The position numbers and the translations under genes are program-made. From NCBI GenBank assembly GCA_905178155.1, contig CAJINV010000014.1, positions 1-64,000 of the forward strand: a DNA stretch of 64,000 nucleotides, in the 5' to 3' direction. The notes beneath the pieces were generated by a model. That model was not told the DNA's origin. It made no database searches and saw only the letters and a program-made list of their open reading frames with translations. Each line of letters begins with the position of its first letter. The stretch's first letter is position 1. Below are positions 34,101-48,000 of this stretch, in pieces. The DNA comes from Amoebophrya sp. A120 (taxonomy: Eukaryota > Protista > Dinoflagellata).

Positions 34101-35667
34101 GCTACTTCATTGTCGTATGTCATACAACATTTTTAGTTCTCCGGAAGATTAGTGCTTGTGAGCTCCGCCTCCAACGAGTGTGTTTCATACCAAATTTAGA
34201 AAATAAAAGGCGGGCAGTTCTTCGCAGTCATCGACTGATCAATCGGACGACTGCGCCAATGCCACTGGATTAAAACTACTGCAAAAGAACAAGAAGCAGG
34301 GTTGTAAAACTAAATGGGATCGTTCCGAAGAAAACACTCAAGACTCCAAGAGCACCAGGATCCGGATACAACTGTAGGAATTAGACCACTACTTTCAACG
34401 AGCGTATTTATTATAAATATATCCAATATCAAGTAGTGGAAAAAGAGTACTTACTTTCATTTTCGTTGCAGCTGTTGCACCGAAAGCTCGTCTTCAGAGG
34501 CGCCAAGAATTATTGCAATGATCCGAAATCGTTCCTGAAACCAGTGCTGCGATGAACTCGTTCGATTTACGTGGCGAACGCAAAACAAATAGAATATCGA
34601 CACGAACCTGCAACGTTAATTTTAATACATGCTCTGCAACATCAAGCAAACCCACGGCCGGGTGGCGCACAGGTTGCAGGGAAATAAATGTGGTCCGCAG
34701 CTGCCCCTGCCGTTTATTTGCAAAGTTAAGCAATCCGAACTTCCTCATTTATGATTACAACATGGAAAAGCCAAAGCCAAAAGTTCCTCGATGCCAGCTT
34801 TTTTTTTTTTTGTCCCGCCGTGGCTGTAGCGCCACCAGCACATCATCAGCATACGACCACATGCGACCAAATTTATACTAACCAAAACAGAAAATCGATA
34901 CTAGTAGGTACCGAAGCTACTGAATGAAGCCGGAGCTCCTGCGGTGGAGGTGCTTCAACAAAAGTCGATCGTGTAGCAAAGTGATAAATCAGGAGGACTA
35001 TGCTGTACAACTCGCTCAACGTCGTGCATAAAAATTCCTCAATCTTGGAGCAGAATTCTATTATTTTGCTTGTTGGTTTCTTGTTGTGCTGAAAAAATAG
35101 TACAACTGGAAGATCTCGAAGAGCCTGCTGCTCACCTTTATTTTGCAAAAAAAAACACAGTCGCCGAGATTAAAAACACTCAGAAAAATCAAGGACTCTT
35201 GCAAAATGATCATAGTTAGACGTGTAAAAAAAAGCTACGTTTCTTCGAAAGTAGTAAGTAAATAGTTGACAGATGCCAGAAACTCCTGCGCTGTACTGCA
35301 AAGATTTTTTTCTTTCAGCATCGCGCTTTTCCTTTTCGATTTCGATTTTGTTCGGTACTATGTTTTTAATATCAATACTTGGCGGCCTTTGTTTAATATT
35401 TATATTGCGACAACGAATATAAAGAGCTATCAATGACTATAATCTGGTTGCTCCGGGCATAAGTCTTACTTAGAAATCATCTATGACCACAACAGCGTAT
35501 AAAAAAATTTTCGTCTTTATTATTTTGTAGAATGCAAAAAGTCAGACCATCGACGCAATCACGGCGCCAGCCGCGGCAACTAGTAACGCTGCGACGGGGA
35601 CGATGCGCAGTTTTCTTGTTCTCGCGTGAAGTGGCGGGTCGTGCTCGTCGTGGCCGAGCAGCAAACA

Positions 35668-35976
35668 CATGCATATGCAAAAGTGTCTCAGTCTGGAATA
35701 AACTTGTGTCGCTGTTGATACAACCAGCCTTGTCCTAGGTGTACGTACTTTTATTAAGTGCTTATTATATTTACCAGATTCAGAAGTCTTTCAGGCTTGC
35801 GCGACCGCTCATTTGTAACACCACGCATGGCAAATTATTAGCTTCCAGCACGCCAAAAGAGCCCCTGATGCAGCTCCTGCTGACTTGTAATTCAATATGT
35901 CGGCTGCATAGAAGATCACGACATCCTTCAAATCTCGCGTCACTAATCCAGACTTTGAGCTATTTGCATATGCATA
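35668..35976. mobile_element. Degenerate family A element downstream of the gene 3 stop (probable 3' UTR)
   Basis: ATGCATATGCAAA inverted repeat and GTCTGGA/TCCAGAC. Confidence 0.65.
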
Positions 35977-36067
35977 AGCAAATAGAGATAATTCGCGATC
36001 GCTATATGCGTTTCCGTCTTCCCATGGTCACCTCCGCTCCCCAGCATTGCTGTTTTGATCGCGATCG

Positions 36068-39000
36068 CTAATACGTTTCCGTCTTTCCATATGGATGTGT
36101 CAGGATCAAAATCGACAAAGTTGAAATGATTTGCCATGCTAAACTGACCGAAACCACTACACAACTTGTACGAGCGCCTCAAATGATTTGCCATGCATAA
36201 AATGCAGCCCACAAAGTGCCTGTCTTGCAGAGTAGGCATGGGGGGGCAGATCGCAAATTATTTCAACTTTGTCGATTTCAAGCCTGACGCTTCCATATTC
36301 CATCACCTCCGCCCCCCATTCCTTGTCCCTGGTCCTCGCTTCCCTGCTGCAAGGCACCCGCCCCGGGTATGGCGTTCTCAACTGTTACACTCTCAACTGT
36401 TACATGAATTTGTGATGTGAGAATGGCAAAACTGAAAGGGGGAAGATTGCGCCTTTTGCATGACAGACTTGGGACAGAAGATTTTGAGCCTGTTTGGCCC
36501 TTCGGAACTTTGTCATGCGAAGCAGCTTGCTCGTGTTGCTTCATTCTGATTGGAATTTTGCATGACAAAAGAAAGCACGTCGTAACATCAGCTGAGAATG
36601 TAACATTTGAGGACGCCATACCGGGGAGCTTCGCGGGTTTTCTGCCCTCGACCGAAACCTGGGCATAGTTGCCGTTGTGTACTCGCTTGTAACACTGGAG
36701 CTCGTTCACACCGCCCCTGAAAAACGTGGCGATCTGCTATGACAGCCTCAGAGTGGAAATCCTCAAAGTGACAATGATTTGTGATGCAAAAAAACGATTC
36801 CAGTTGAAGCGCCATTTCTAGTCGGCGCATGACAAATTTACCGAAAACTCAAGGCATGTCTGTCATGCTAGTTAGGGCAAAGGGGTGCCCTTCTCTCATG
36901 CTAATAAGCAGCCCAATTCTGAACCCGTAGAAGCACAATAGTCGGCCTCCATTGCGTTCTCTGCAATACAGTCTTTTTGGTGTCGTATTTCCTGCATCAC
37001 AAATTATTTCCACTTTGAGGATTTCCATTCTGAGGGTGTCATATCTGCACCGGCGGGGGTGTCTTTCCGCTGTCCACGTCTTGTGCCGCGGTGAACGGGG
37101 ACACCATTTCGTAGTTGACTTCGTCATAAGGCGTCGGATATCAAATGCAACAATGTCTGGGTCTGGAAGATTCTAAACTTGCAATGCTGTCTCTGGATTC
37201 TAACAAAATTTGTATTGTATGACCAGCAAAAGGACTCCAGTTTGTGCTACGTGGAGAGGGCATTTCTCATGCGGTAGAGGCATCAAAAAGTCCTCTAAAA
37301 ATCTGTGACGCTAGGACAAACATCACAGACATCATGCCTCATGCAAAACGTGCATGACAGACTTGCACTCTTCCAGACCCAGACACTTTTGCATTTGATA
37401 TCGGAAGGTGGATAGTTTTGTTCGGATTTGTATCCCCGGGACCAATCACCGTCGTATGGCGTTCTCAAACGTTCCATTCTGAACTGTTGCATGTCAAGTC
37501 AAGTCAAGTCAAGTCAACGCGTGGGAGTGGAGTGGAGTGGAGTGGGGCGGCGGCGGTGGCCTCTTACCATCAAGCTCGAACGGCCGGGGCAGGGAACAAC
37601 GCGATGCTTTGCACCACGGGCAGACGACTACTATCAGGCAGTGTGGACGCCTCCGGACAGCAGCAACTGCCCAACATACAAAAATCTAAGTTATCAACTT
37701 CCTACAGCACTAGGGACCTGCTAGACTTCTCCTCTAACCCACTGGGGCGTTTAACTAGCTCGGCGGGCCTGGGTGCAGCACATATAAACTCCTGCTGCTT
37801 AAGATAACTTCTTTTTGCCCCAGTTCATAATGAACTTTTTCTCTCTTGTGTAATGTGGGCTAGTCTCTCTTGTGGGCTAGTCTCTGGTTAGTAATCCTCG
37901 CTCAGAGATTTGTCGAAAATATCGTAGCCGTGCGTGTATTGTTATCAAGTTCTTCCTTCGGTGGGGTCTGTGGCCATGCTATCTGACTGCGTGCGTTCCA
38001 TCAGATTCTTTTTGAAACCACACGCCCGCCACCTGCACCTCTTCCTTGCCTGTGTTTTCGCAGAAGAAGATCTCGCCCACTTGGAAGGCGATGCTCGGGT
38101 CGCCATCGATTTCCCAAAAACCCTGCCTGTCACTGTTATGCTTCCACTTTTTGCCGTGTAGGCTTTCGGCGAGTGCTGCCCGCGCCCTTTCTTCCTCTTC
38201 CCTCTGCTGCTGTAGCCTTTTCCGGCGTTCAGCCTGCATTTCTTCCGCGCGCTCGGATTTGGCTCCTGGCTTTGGTCCCTTTTTCCCCGGTGGCTTTTTT
38301 GCGGTTGCGTAGGGCCTTCTTCGCGTCAGCATTTCGCGCACCACTGGTCCGGCGGGCTTTTGCAGTTCCAGGTCTTTAAGTTCCACACTGTAGTGCTCCA
38401 GGTCTGCAGCCGCCAACCTGCCCCAAGGCGTCTTTTGTTCGATTTCGTGTCGAATTCTCCCAAACGACCCCTCGCCTAGGGGATCCCGCGCTGCGTGGCC
38501 GATCCAAGAAATCCGCTTCTCCCGGATCTCTGTCTCGATCAGCTGCACCCCGAGGGCTTGGCAAAGTTCCGCTCGTGATGGAGATCCTTCCCACTCCCAG
38601 ATCCCAAAAATGAACCGCAAGGCATTCAGCTGGAAGGCCCTCAGCGCTTTTTCGTCGCTCTCCGTAATTGCCCACGTCTCTGCGTTATACAGTGCTACGC
38701 TGAGGCTCAGGGAACGATAAAGATTGGCTTTCAAGTGCCGCGGCACCTCTTTATCGCGCCAGATCTTGCTCAGAGAGCGCACGACGCTCATCGCCATGGC
38801 GCAGCGCCGGCGCGTTTCCGACTTGGTCGACCCTTCGCTGTCCATCTCTGTACCGAGATAAGTAAAGCGGTCGACCGTTGCGATCTGTTTCCCGTCGTGC
38901 CACACGTTGGCCGGCTCTGTTTCCGCTTTCTCCCTGCTCTCCTTCTTTTTTCCCTCTACCTGTCGCGCTACTCTCAGCGTGCGAAGGTCGTGGACCGTTT

Positions 39001-42000
39001 TCTCTTCCCTGCAGAACCCGGTCGCCAGGTGGTACTTGAGCGCATTTTCATCTTCGAGGACATCGCCACACCGGTGGCACCGGTGCACGTTGTGCTTGTC
39101 CAAGATGTATTCGCGCCGCCCCATCCTGTTAATTCGCATCGCCCGGCCGTTGTCCAACGTGGCCCAGCCTGAAGCTTTCAGCTTTATCACGTTATGGAGC
39201 CCATTGTCCCAGATGACGAGGTGAGTTGGCACCAGGTCGCCCATGCGCTGTGTACAGACCGCACGCGCTGCGGCCCTGTACTCTGGTTTATGGTCGATTC
39301 CCGCCCACTCCACCATCAGCCCCCAGGTCGGAGCTGCGCCTTCTTCTTTGCTCACCATGCGCCTCTCGGTCATGGCAAACTCATCCCGCCTGTCTTTGCG
39401 CTCTGGGTTGACAGCCATAATCTCCGTTCTTCCCTTGTCCGCATTCAGCTCCAAGCCCACAAACCTGCAGGCCCCTGCCAGCTCGGTGACTGCAAATTGC
39501 GCTTCGGACTCAGATCCGGTTTTGATCGCCAGATCATCCACGAACCCGAGCAGGCTCATTGCGAATCCCCGAGCCTGTGCTGTGGTCCACTTTTTTTCCT
39601 CTTTCATCACTTCCGCGAAACTAGTGATGGCGAAATCAAGCACGATGGCAAACAGCAACGGCGACAGCGAGCTGCCCTGCCGTATGCCGGCCATTTGCTT
39701 GATGGCTTCCGTAAAACTGTCGGCGGCTAGCCTGATACTGACTCGCGCCCCCTTGTCGTACATGCCCCGAATTACTTCCCCAAGGTTGTCAGGCATTCCC
39801 TGGCGCTTCAGTACTTTGCGCATGATATCCCAGGCCAAACTGTCGAAGGCCTTCAGGAAATCAGCAAAAACGTAGTACGCCCGGCGGCCTTCCCGCTTGC
39901 AGCGCTCCATATCCCGAAGAATTTGGAAAACTCCGTGTCTGCAGCTTAGCCCCCTGGTGCACCCCTTCTGCCTTTTGTCGATGGCGCTCATCGCTTCTGT
40001 TTCAATCCGGCGCAAGATTATGAGGCCAATGAGTTTTTCAGCAAAGGTGAGCAAGGCTATCGGTCGGTAGTTTTTTGCTTGGGCTTTGTCGCCTTTCTTG
40101 TGGAGCATCGCCAGCACCGCGCGGCCCCATGCCTCGGGGACATCCTCTCCCCGAAACACTCTCCCCGCACAAGTGCTACTACAACTGCGCGCGCGAGCTC
40201 GCAGTTGCGGATCAGTTCTACAGGTGCTACCCCAGCGAAGGACTTGCCGGCCTTAAGACCCCGCAACGCATCACAAATCTCCGCTTCACTTGGGACGGCG
40301 TCAAGCCCCTGGCACCACTGTTGCCGCGGTTCTTGCTCCAGCCTTTCCGCGCATTTGCGGAAGCTGTTCGTGCTTTTGGTGGCCTGACTTGGTTCGGGGC
40401 GCGGCTCGCCAAAAATTTTTCCCCAGAACTGCGCCCACATTTCCGGAGGGCCCGGTAGCTCCTGCGCCGGTTTCCGCGCTTTGCCCGCCAGCTGCCGGAC
40501 AACTTCGTAAACCTCTCGCGAGTTCCCGGCGTTGTCCGCCTTCTGTAAGTTGTCCAGCTTCTCTTCCACCCAAGCTTTTTTGTCGCTTTTGATGCTCGCC
40601 CGGATATCCCTCCCGAGCTTGTTCCGCTTGGCCCTGGCGGTTTTTCCTTCCTTGGTCATCAGCTTTTTCCGCTCCTCAATCTTTTTCCAAGTTGTCCCTG
40701 TGATCCAAGGCTTGCGCGGGCCGCTTCTGGTAACCCCGGTGCTGAGTTTTTCGATCGTGGTAGAAAGAGCTTCTTCGAACTCCTTCCACCACTCATCCGC
40801 GCTACGCCCACCCGTTTCTATTTCGTTAACAAGGGTCGGGCCGTCGTAAACTTCCCCAAGGCATGCGCCTACAGCTTCTGCGGCTTCCTCGGTTCGGATC
40901 CACGCCCCGGCCCCCTTGTTCACAGTCTTCTTCTTGGTGATAGAAAGGGATACTTCTGCCTCCACCAGTCTGTGGCCACTCTTGTGGTACGTCTCACCCC
41001 GCACCTGAAACGCACACACGTACCCCCGGTGCTTCCACGAGACAAAAATGTGGTCGTACTCTCGCCGTGGTCTCGCCCCCTTCCAAGCTCCCTCGAAAGT
41101 GTACCGCCGCACCCACGGTTTTTTGAACAAGGACGAAACGTCGACCATCTCCGCTGCGGCTGCTAGTGCCTGGAGCCTGTCAGCGTTGTCAGTCCGGCGC
41201 GCGAAACCAGCGGAGAGGCCGCAGGGACCTACTGTAAACGGAAGCCCGGCCTCCTGTAGTTCCCGCTGCGGGCCTCCCGCCATCTCAGCATTAAAATCTC
41301 CTACCGCAATCACGATGTCCCTGCCACTGTGATTGGCGATTTTTCTCGTTGCTTTTTCCCAGAAGCTGTCTTTGTCCCCGACGTCTGCCGCGTTCGTTGG
41401 AGCGTAGCAGCCGTGGAGATGGACTCTTTGCCCATACGGGGTCCGGAGGGAAATTCGGCCATGTCGCCCGCACTGCTCGCTGTCAAAGTCAACAACTTCG
41501 ATGCTGTGGCGGACGACAAACAATACCCCCCCGACCGGCGTTCCGGAACTATTTAGCCACGCCCCGCCCCCATACAGAAGATACTCGCCAACGCGCTCAC
41601 CGGTAATCCACTCAGTCACTCTACTCTCCTGCGTCACCATGACATCGAGTTTCCTGGATCTAGCGTCCTTGATCAAGCATTCCATTTCCACCGTCCGTAT
41701 CCCGCTGTCCTCCCTCTTGCCGAGGGTGAGCACGTTCCATGTGCCCAGCCTCAGCTTCTTCTTTGCGGAAGCGTGCGCGCCGCGTCGGCCTCGAGAGGGA
41801 TCCTCCCTCCCGGCAGGCTTCGCCCTGCTGCCGCCTACAGCAGGGCTCCTCCCTGCTGTGGTGTCGTAAGTCGCGGCGCCTTCAGCTGCGGCTTGGTTAA
41901 TTTGGGATCTCACTTGCATCATCAGCTCGTACTACTCTCCCCAGATTCCAACAACCTCCAGTCCGCTTCGTACCGTTGAACACAAGTCGATCACGTTTCT

Positions 42001-45000
42001 TCCACGAAGGATAGAGCCCCGGGATTATTTCTTTTCACTGAGCGCAAGGTAGCAGGTGCACAAAAGTCCAGCTCTTCTCTTCTTCTCTTCGATAACAATA
42101 CTAATGCCTTCAATACAGCAACGCGGTTGGCGGCCACGAGCTAGGTCAGGTCCATCAGCTAATCTCTCAGATCTTCTTTCCAATCTTCAGCCCGACCCAG
42201 TCAGTCTGCTGCAAGGACGTTGCAGTTCGTGTAAGTACAGCTGAGCAGACTCGTCGATCAGACCCAAAGCTCGACTTTCTAATTACCCTGCACAGAGTCC
42301 ACTTTCGCCCCGTTTGTTGGTTTTCCAAACGTGTTCTGCTTCCCACCTCCTCCTTCGGTTACTACCGCAGCAGTTAGTGTGGCGCAAAAAACCAGTCTCT
42401 CAGTAGATCGAATTCCGAGCGACCTGCTCCAGTTTCTCCTCGTCACCGTCAAAAAAGTACTATCTTACACGTGGCGCTCGAGGTACTGCAGCTCACTCTT
42501 CGTAGTTCACGTTCTTGTTCAAAGTTTATCTTCCAAATTCAAACTGCAGTAAACAACTTCATTCATTTTACATTCGCCAACAGAAATCTGGAGTACTCAC
42601 CACCATCTCGCACCACCTATCTTTCCATATTCCAATCTTAACATCTCGCCATCAGAACTTCAACTTCTTCGCCCCGATCAACACTCCACTCCGCATGACC
42701 TTCGCAAGGTTAGCGCCGGACCGTTTGATCGGGACTCCGCCCTTCTTCGCCTCAGACTGGGACGCCGCCGGTGCGCGACTACTGCTGCTGCTGCTGCTGG
42801 CAGCCGCCTGCCGCTGCTGGCCTTGTGTCCCCTTATTTTCGCCCTGTTTCGCCTTTTTCTGGGATGGCTCCGCTGCCTGTGCGTCATTTTTATCGTTTTT
42901 GCCCGCGGCGCCCGTTCCCTTTTCCTCCTTCGCCTGCTCCTTTTGGTCGTTTTGCGCTGCGTTCTCGATTTTCCTCGCCACCTTCCGCGCCTGCTGCGGC
43001 GTACGCGGAAAATTTTCCCGGACCAAAATAGGGAGGACGAACATCCGCAGCCAGTTTTTTGTGTCGCTCTGGACGAGGGAGAGCAAGGTCATCGAGTGGG
43101 AATTTGGTTTCAGTATGACGTCCGCCCATCCCGTCGTGGGATGCACGTTGAGGAAGCGCACATATCCCGGATCCAAAGCCTTGAAGGCACTCTGCATCTT
43201 TCCCGACAGCGCGGCGCATATCTTGGCTGCATGGCTGTCGTAAGTCAGCTCTGGGTCCTCGGCTATCGTCGGTTTCCCCGTCTCGGGGTCTTTCACGATC
43301 ATCTTGCCTTGGTCGCCTTCTTTGATGATGTGGTCACGGCATTTTTGGGCTATCAGGTGCATACTTTCCATTTTCCAGAACTGGATCCGTTCCTGGTGGG
43401 TCTTGGTGTCAAAATTCGCGATGAACTCCTCTCGCTCCTCACGGAGTGCTGACGCAGTCATTATCGGGCTGGTCGCGGTGGCCATCCCGCTCGGACGTTT
43501 GTTTGACGTGGTCGATGTCAAACTCTGTAGCAAGCCGTCCTCTTCCTCCGCAGCGTCTTCCATAGGCGCATCTTCATCCTCGTCTACGAAGCTCACCGAC
43601 CGGTTGTTATTTTCCTTGCCAGCCTCACTGCCGGCTTCCTCGACGTCATTGTTCCCACCTGTTCCTAATTCCCCATGTTCCGCTTTAGCCTCCTCGGCCC
43701 AGATAGAGAAAGGCTTCAAATTATCGAATCCTTTCAAGCTCACCATGAATGACGACCGGATTTCAGCGAGCTGCTTCTGCACCGTCTCGAACGCCTTGCC
43801 GGGGGTCGATGGCGCATTTGGCGCACGGGGGTCGATGGCGCAACTGTTGCATGAACTTGTATATGCAAGAACGGCAAAAGTGAAAGGGCTAAGTTTGCGC
43901 CTTTTGCGTTACAAGTTCCGCACAGATTTAGGTGCTGTCTCGCCCCTCGCAGATTTGTCATGCGAAGCAGCTTGAGCATCTGGTGCGCGGCTTAAGGTAG
44001 TTTTGCATGACAAATTGATGTAACAGTTGAGAATGTAACGCTTGAGAATTCCATACGTCGACCCGTCCACATATGCGATGTACACGCCGAGAATGTTGCA
44101 GGTTGGCCCCTGTGCCGCCATGTAGAACTTTTCGAAGCCCAGGCACGAGTCAAAAGCGTCACACAGAGCGCTGCAGTCGTTCTTCGAGGGTGTCAAAGGC
44201 GTTTCGTCGAGCTCGAGGCGTGAGTAGTCGAGTACAAACATCGTGTTCGGCCAGGGGTTATGAAGTGCAAAAAGGTCTGGGTCTGGAAACTTGTGATGCT
44301 ACGATGTGCATGATGAAAACACTTCCGAATGCAGTCGGGCATGAGAACTTCCCAAAACGCTTCCTCATAGGCAATCCGAATGAGAAGCTGCGTTTTTGCA
44401 TGACAAAAGAGGCTGCGACTTTTGTTCGTTATGCAATACAGATTTTCTAGGTATGGAAAGCTAGCATTACAAGTCCCAACCTTCCAGACCCAGACACTTT
44501 TACAATCCATAGGGGTCCCACCCCCCGTGTTCCGGGGTGCAAACCCCAAAGCCAGCAAACTCGTACGGCTCCGGAATGATGACACACTCGTGATACCCCA
44601 AGCCCGCGAACTTCTCCAGGGGCGCGTAGTGGCACTCGGTGCTGCCTCCAGTGCAAATATGTCTGGATGTCTGGAAGGGTGGATGAACTTGTAATGCTGT
44701 CTGCGGATAATAAATTCTAAAACAAAAACTATCTGCGTTCTTGCATGAGCAGCAAGAGGAGTCCAGTTCTTGGCACGCGGAGAGGGCATTGATTTCTCAT
44801 GCGTGACAAGCATCAAGCAGCCTTCAAAAAATCTGTGATGCTAGGACTTGCATCATGCAAAATGTGCATGCCCACAAACCCCGACTCTTCTAGACCCAGA
44901 CATATTTGCAATGCATATGCTGTCGGCGGCATTGTTTTTCATGCAGCAATATGAAATGTAAAAGCATCGTACTAGTATAAATCGCATGACAAATTTCATC

Positions 45001-48000
45001 AGCAAGAGAAATGAAATTTGTAATGCGGGTTTAACTTGAGAAAAAAATAACTTGTATTGCATGAATACGATTAGTACGAGTACGATACTTTTGCACAGGG
45101 TAAGCAAGCCCCTTGGTGGAGGTGTACGTCGTTCGGCAGCCCTATGGAGGTGTCAGAATTGAAATCGACAAAGTTGAAAAAACTTGTGATGCATAAAATG
45201 CATAGACGCGAAATACGTGTGTTGCAGAGCAGGCAAGTGAGGCCGATTGCAAGCCTGTTGGGGGTTAGCGCTCGAGCTGCCAAAGTAGCATGAGAGAACC
45301 AATCTTCTTTGCCCAAACAGCATGACAAACTGGATTCAGGAACGACCAAAATTTGTCATGCGCCACTTGGAAGCTGGGTTCTAACAGGCATCCATTTTAT
45401 GCATGACAAATCTATCATTTCATTTTCAACTTTGTCAATTTCAATCCTGACAGTTCCATAAGCCCGTTACACTTCGCACAGTACCCGGCTTTGCCGCACG
45501 CGGCAAGGCATTCCCGTTATGACACCCTCAGAATGGAAATCCTCAAAGTGGAAATGATTTGTGATGCATGGAATGCGACACCAAAAAGACTGTGTTGCAG
45601 CGAACGCAATGGAAGCCGACTATGTATTGTCCTGCTACGGGTTAAGGATTGGAGTGCTGAGTAGCATGCCAGAAACGCACCCCTTTGCCTAACTAGCATG
45701 ACAGACGCGTTTTGAGTGCCCGGGAAATTTGTCATGCGCCGACTATAAATGGTGCTTCAACTGGCGTCGTTTTTTTTGCATTACAGATTACTTTCACTTT
45801 GAGGATTTCCAACCTGAGGCTTTCATACCCGTTGCCGGGGCCCGCAGTCTTTGCAGAGAGGCTGGTATCCAAGAAAAAAACGCTGCTAGTGTAAATTTGT
45901 CATGCGCAACAACATGCAAGACGAGGGCGTCTGTCATGCTTGGCCTGCATCGACGTAGGGTCCATCAAGGAGCGTTTTCACGTACTATCGTATCTGCGCA
46001 TGACAGGATTGTGCTGTCATCATGCCAGACAAATTTGTAATGCTGTTCCTCCAAAAAAGTTACACCTACAATGCTTTTTTCTTGGATAGCTGGGTAACAT
46101 CGGGCTCGGCCCCATACCCCCGGCGGACTTCCACGAGAGATAAATGCTGCTCAGGGGGTATCGAGAGGAAACATCTCCCCTCCTCATACCAAAACGAAAT
46201 CTCTGGTGCTGGATTTGTGTGCACAAATCAGCTCTGTATTGCAGGAAGGCACTGCGGCCACCTCCAAAGGCTAGCTGGGAGGATATGGGTCTAGGTGTTC
46301 AGCATGGCAAACGCCTCCCCTTTAAGCCCAGCACCATGGCAAATCGCTTCGATAATGGGGCGAAAGCTTCTGCCCTTGTCGTCTTGCAAGACGCCTGTGA
46401 TTTATGACCTCAAATCAGCAACACAAATTTTCGGAAACATAGCTTTTCCATATGGGGAGGGCGGATTTTTCATTTTCATAGGGGGGACGGGCTCCTTCTG
46501 CGCAAGAGACAAACTCTGGGAAGCAGAGTACGAATTATATCCAATCTCCGGCGGCTTCAGCCAGAAGGGCTCGCTGGCGTAAAAGTGCACCCCGCAGATG
46601 GTGAGGTAATCATCAGGAGCATTACCTATCAAAAGAAAAAAGTTCGTCACGATCACTCATGGGCATTTTTGCAATACAAAATTGTCTCTCATGCGTAAAA
46701 ATGCATCACAGCCACACTTCATAAGGGATTTCCCTAGTGTTTCTGCAATACAAGGAGAAGGCGTGATGCTAAAAAAATTTGCAATGCAAAACCTGCAACT
46801 TAGTGACTGTGACAAACTTTTTTCTCTCCATATTACCAGCAGCATTAACAATATCATCAGGCCCTATGACATACAAGGTGCGAAACGGCTGCTTTGCTTT
46901 AAGCGCGTCCTTATCAAATGCAAATATGTCTGGCGTGTTGTCTGGAAACAAGACCTTGGTACAGCACAGGGAGGAGAACGACAACGAGTTAAATTTTCAA
47001 AAGTAAAAATAAATAACAACTACGCTCAGAAAATGAGCCCGGGTCGTCTAGTAATGCTAGCTTTGCACCCCTGGTGGAACATTTGCAAATAGACGCACTT
47101 ACTGCATAGGCTTAGCAAACATATGAACTAGCATAAGAGTCGCAGCCATCTTTCTCATGCAAAAACGCAGTTTCTATTCCGGCTGCCTATGAGCAGAAAG
47201 CGCTCCGGACACTTGTCTTGCATGGCTGCGTTCGGAATTGTTTCCATCGTCCACGCTTTAGCATCACAAGTTTCCAGAGACCCAGACATATTTGCAATGC
47301 ATAGTCCTGCAGCAGGTCCACGAATTCCCCTCCCCCGCCGTTGAAGTCGTCAACTTTATGATATTCTCCGTCGCCCGCGTCGCCCCCTATGCCAACGCCG
47401 GGAACATTGTCCGAAAGTTTGATTATCAAATGCAAATTATATCCCTGGGTCTGCAAGGTTGGTGGAACTTGTGATCGCTATTTCTGCATTCTAAAAAATC
47501 AGTATTGCATGACCAGCAAGAGGGGTCCGGTTTGTGCCGCGACATGTAGTAAGTATTTTTTAGTGACCATTTCACAGACTCCTTGCGGGCGGCGTTAGAG
47601 CAGACTTAGCCTCTGCCAATTCCGTGGCGTTAGAACAGATTTAGCCTCTGCCAATTATACCCCTAGGTGGACATCATCATCACCCGTTCCACTTCCTAGT
47701 ACAGGCACCAACCGACCGCAACAGCAGAACCGCCTCCGATTTCTTATGCGTGTCTACGGCCAGTGGCCGCTAGAGGTGGCGGGCCTGGCTTACCATCCAA
47801 GCCCGTGGGCAGGGTGGAGCTCCGGTATAGCCTTGATGGGTTAGTCTTACAAACTTTAACGGCTAACGGTTTTTGTGGTTGGTTGCGCGCTGATGGGTGG
47901 GGCATTTCTCATGCGTATGGCGTTCTCAAACGTTACATTCTCAAGCGTTTGTGTTGCATGAATTTGTGATGCATGACCAGCGAGAGTGAAAGGGAGAATC

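Larger units (their letters stand above)
37494..43841 (-). mobile_element. Non-LTR retrotransposon (APE-type, RTE-like), probably 5'-truncated
   Basis: 12-bp TSD AACTGTTGCATG (37482-37493, 43842-43853); (CTTGA)n 3' tail; ORF1 plus APE-RT ORF2. Confidence 0.92.
37455..44055. mobile_element. Introner family J expanded to 6.6 kb by a LINE insertion
   Basis: TATGGCGTTCTCAAACGTT / AACGCTTGAGAATTCCATA; DR CGTCG; frame restored (VDGST|VIGPGD). Confidence 0.9.

Noticed and set aside
34100-35660. Possible 5' exons or promoter of the DnaJ gene
   Set aside because: AT-rich sequence with no junction I could support; left unannotated.
41930-42650. Ribozyme or IRES in the LINE inter-ORF spacer
   Set aside because: No complete hammerhead or HDV core was recognisable by eye; an Infernal search would be needed.
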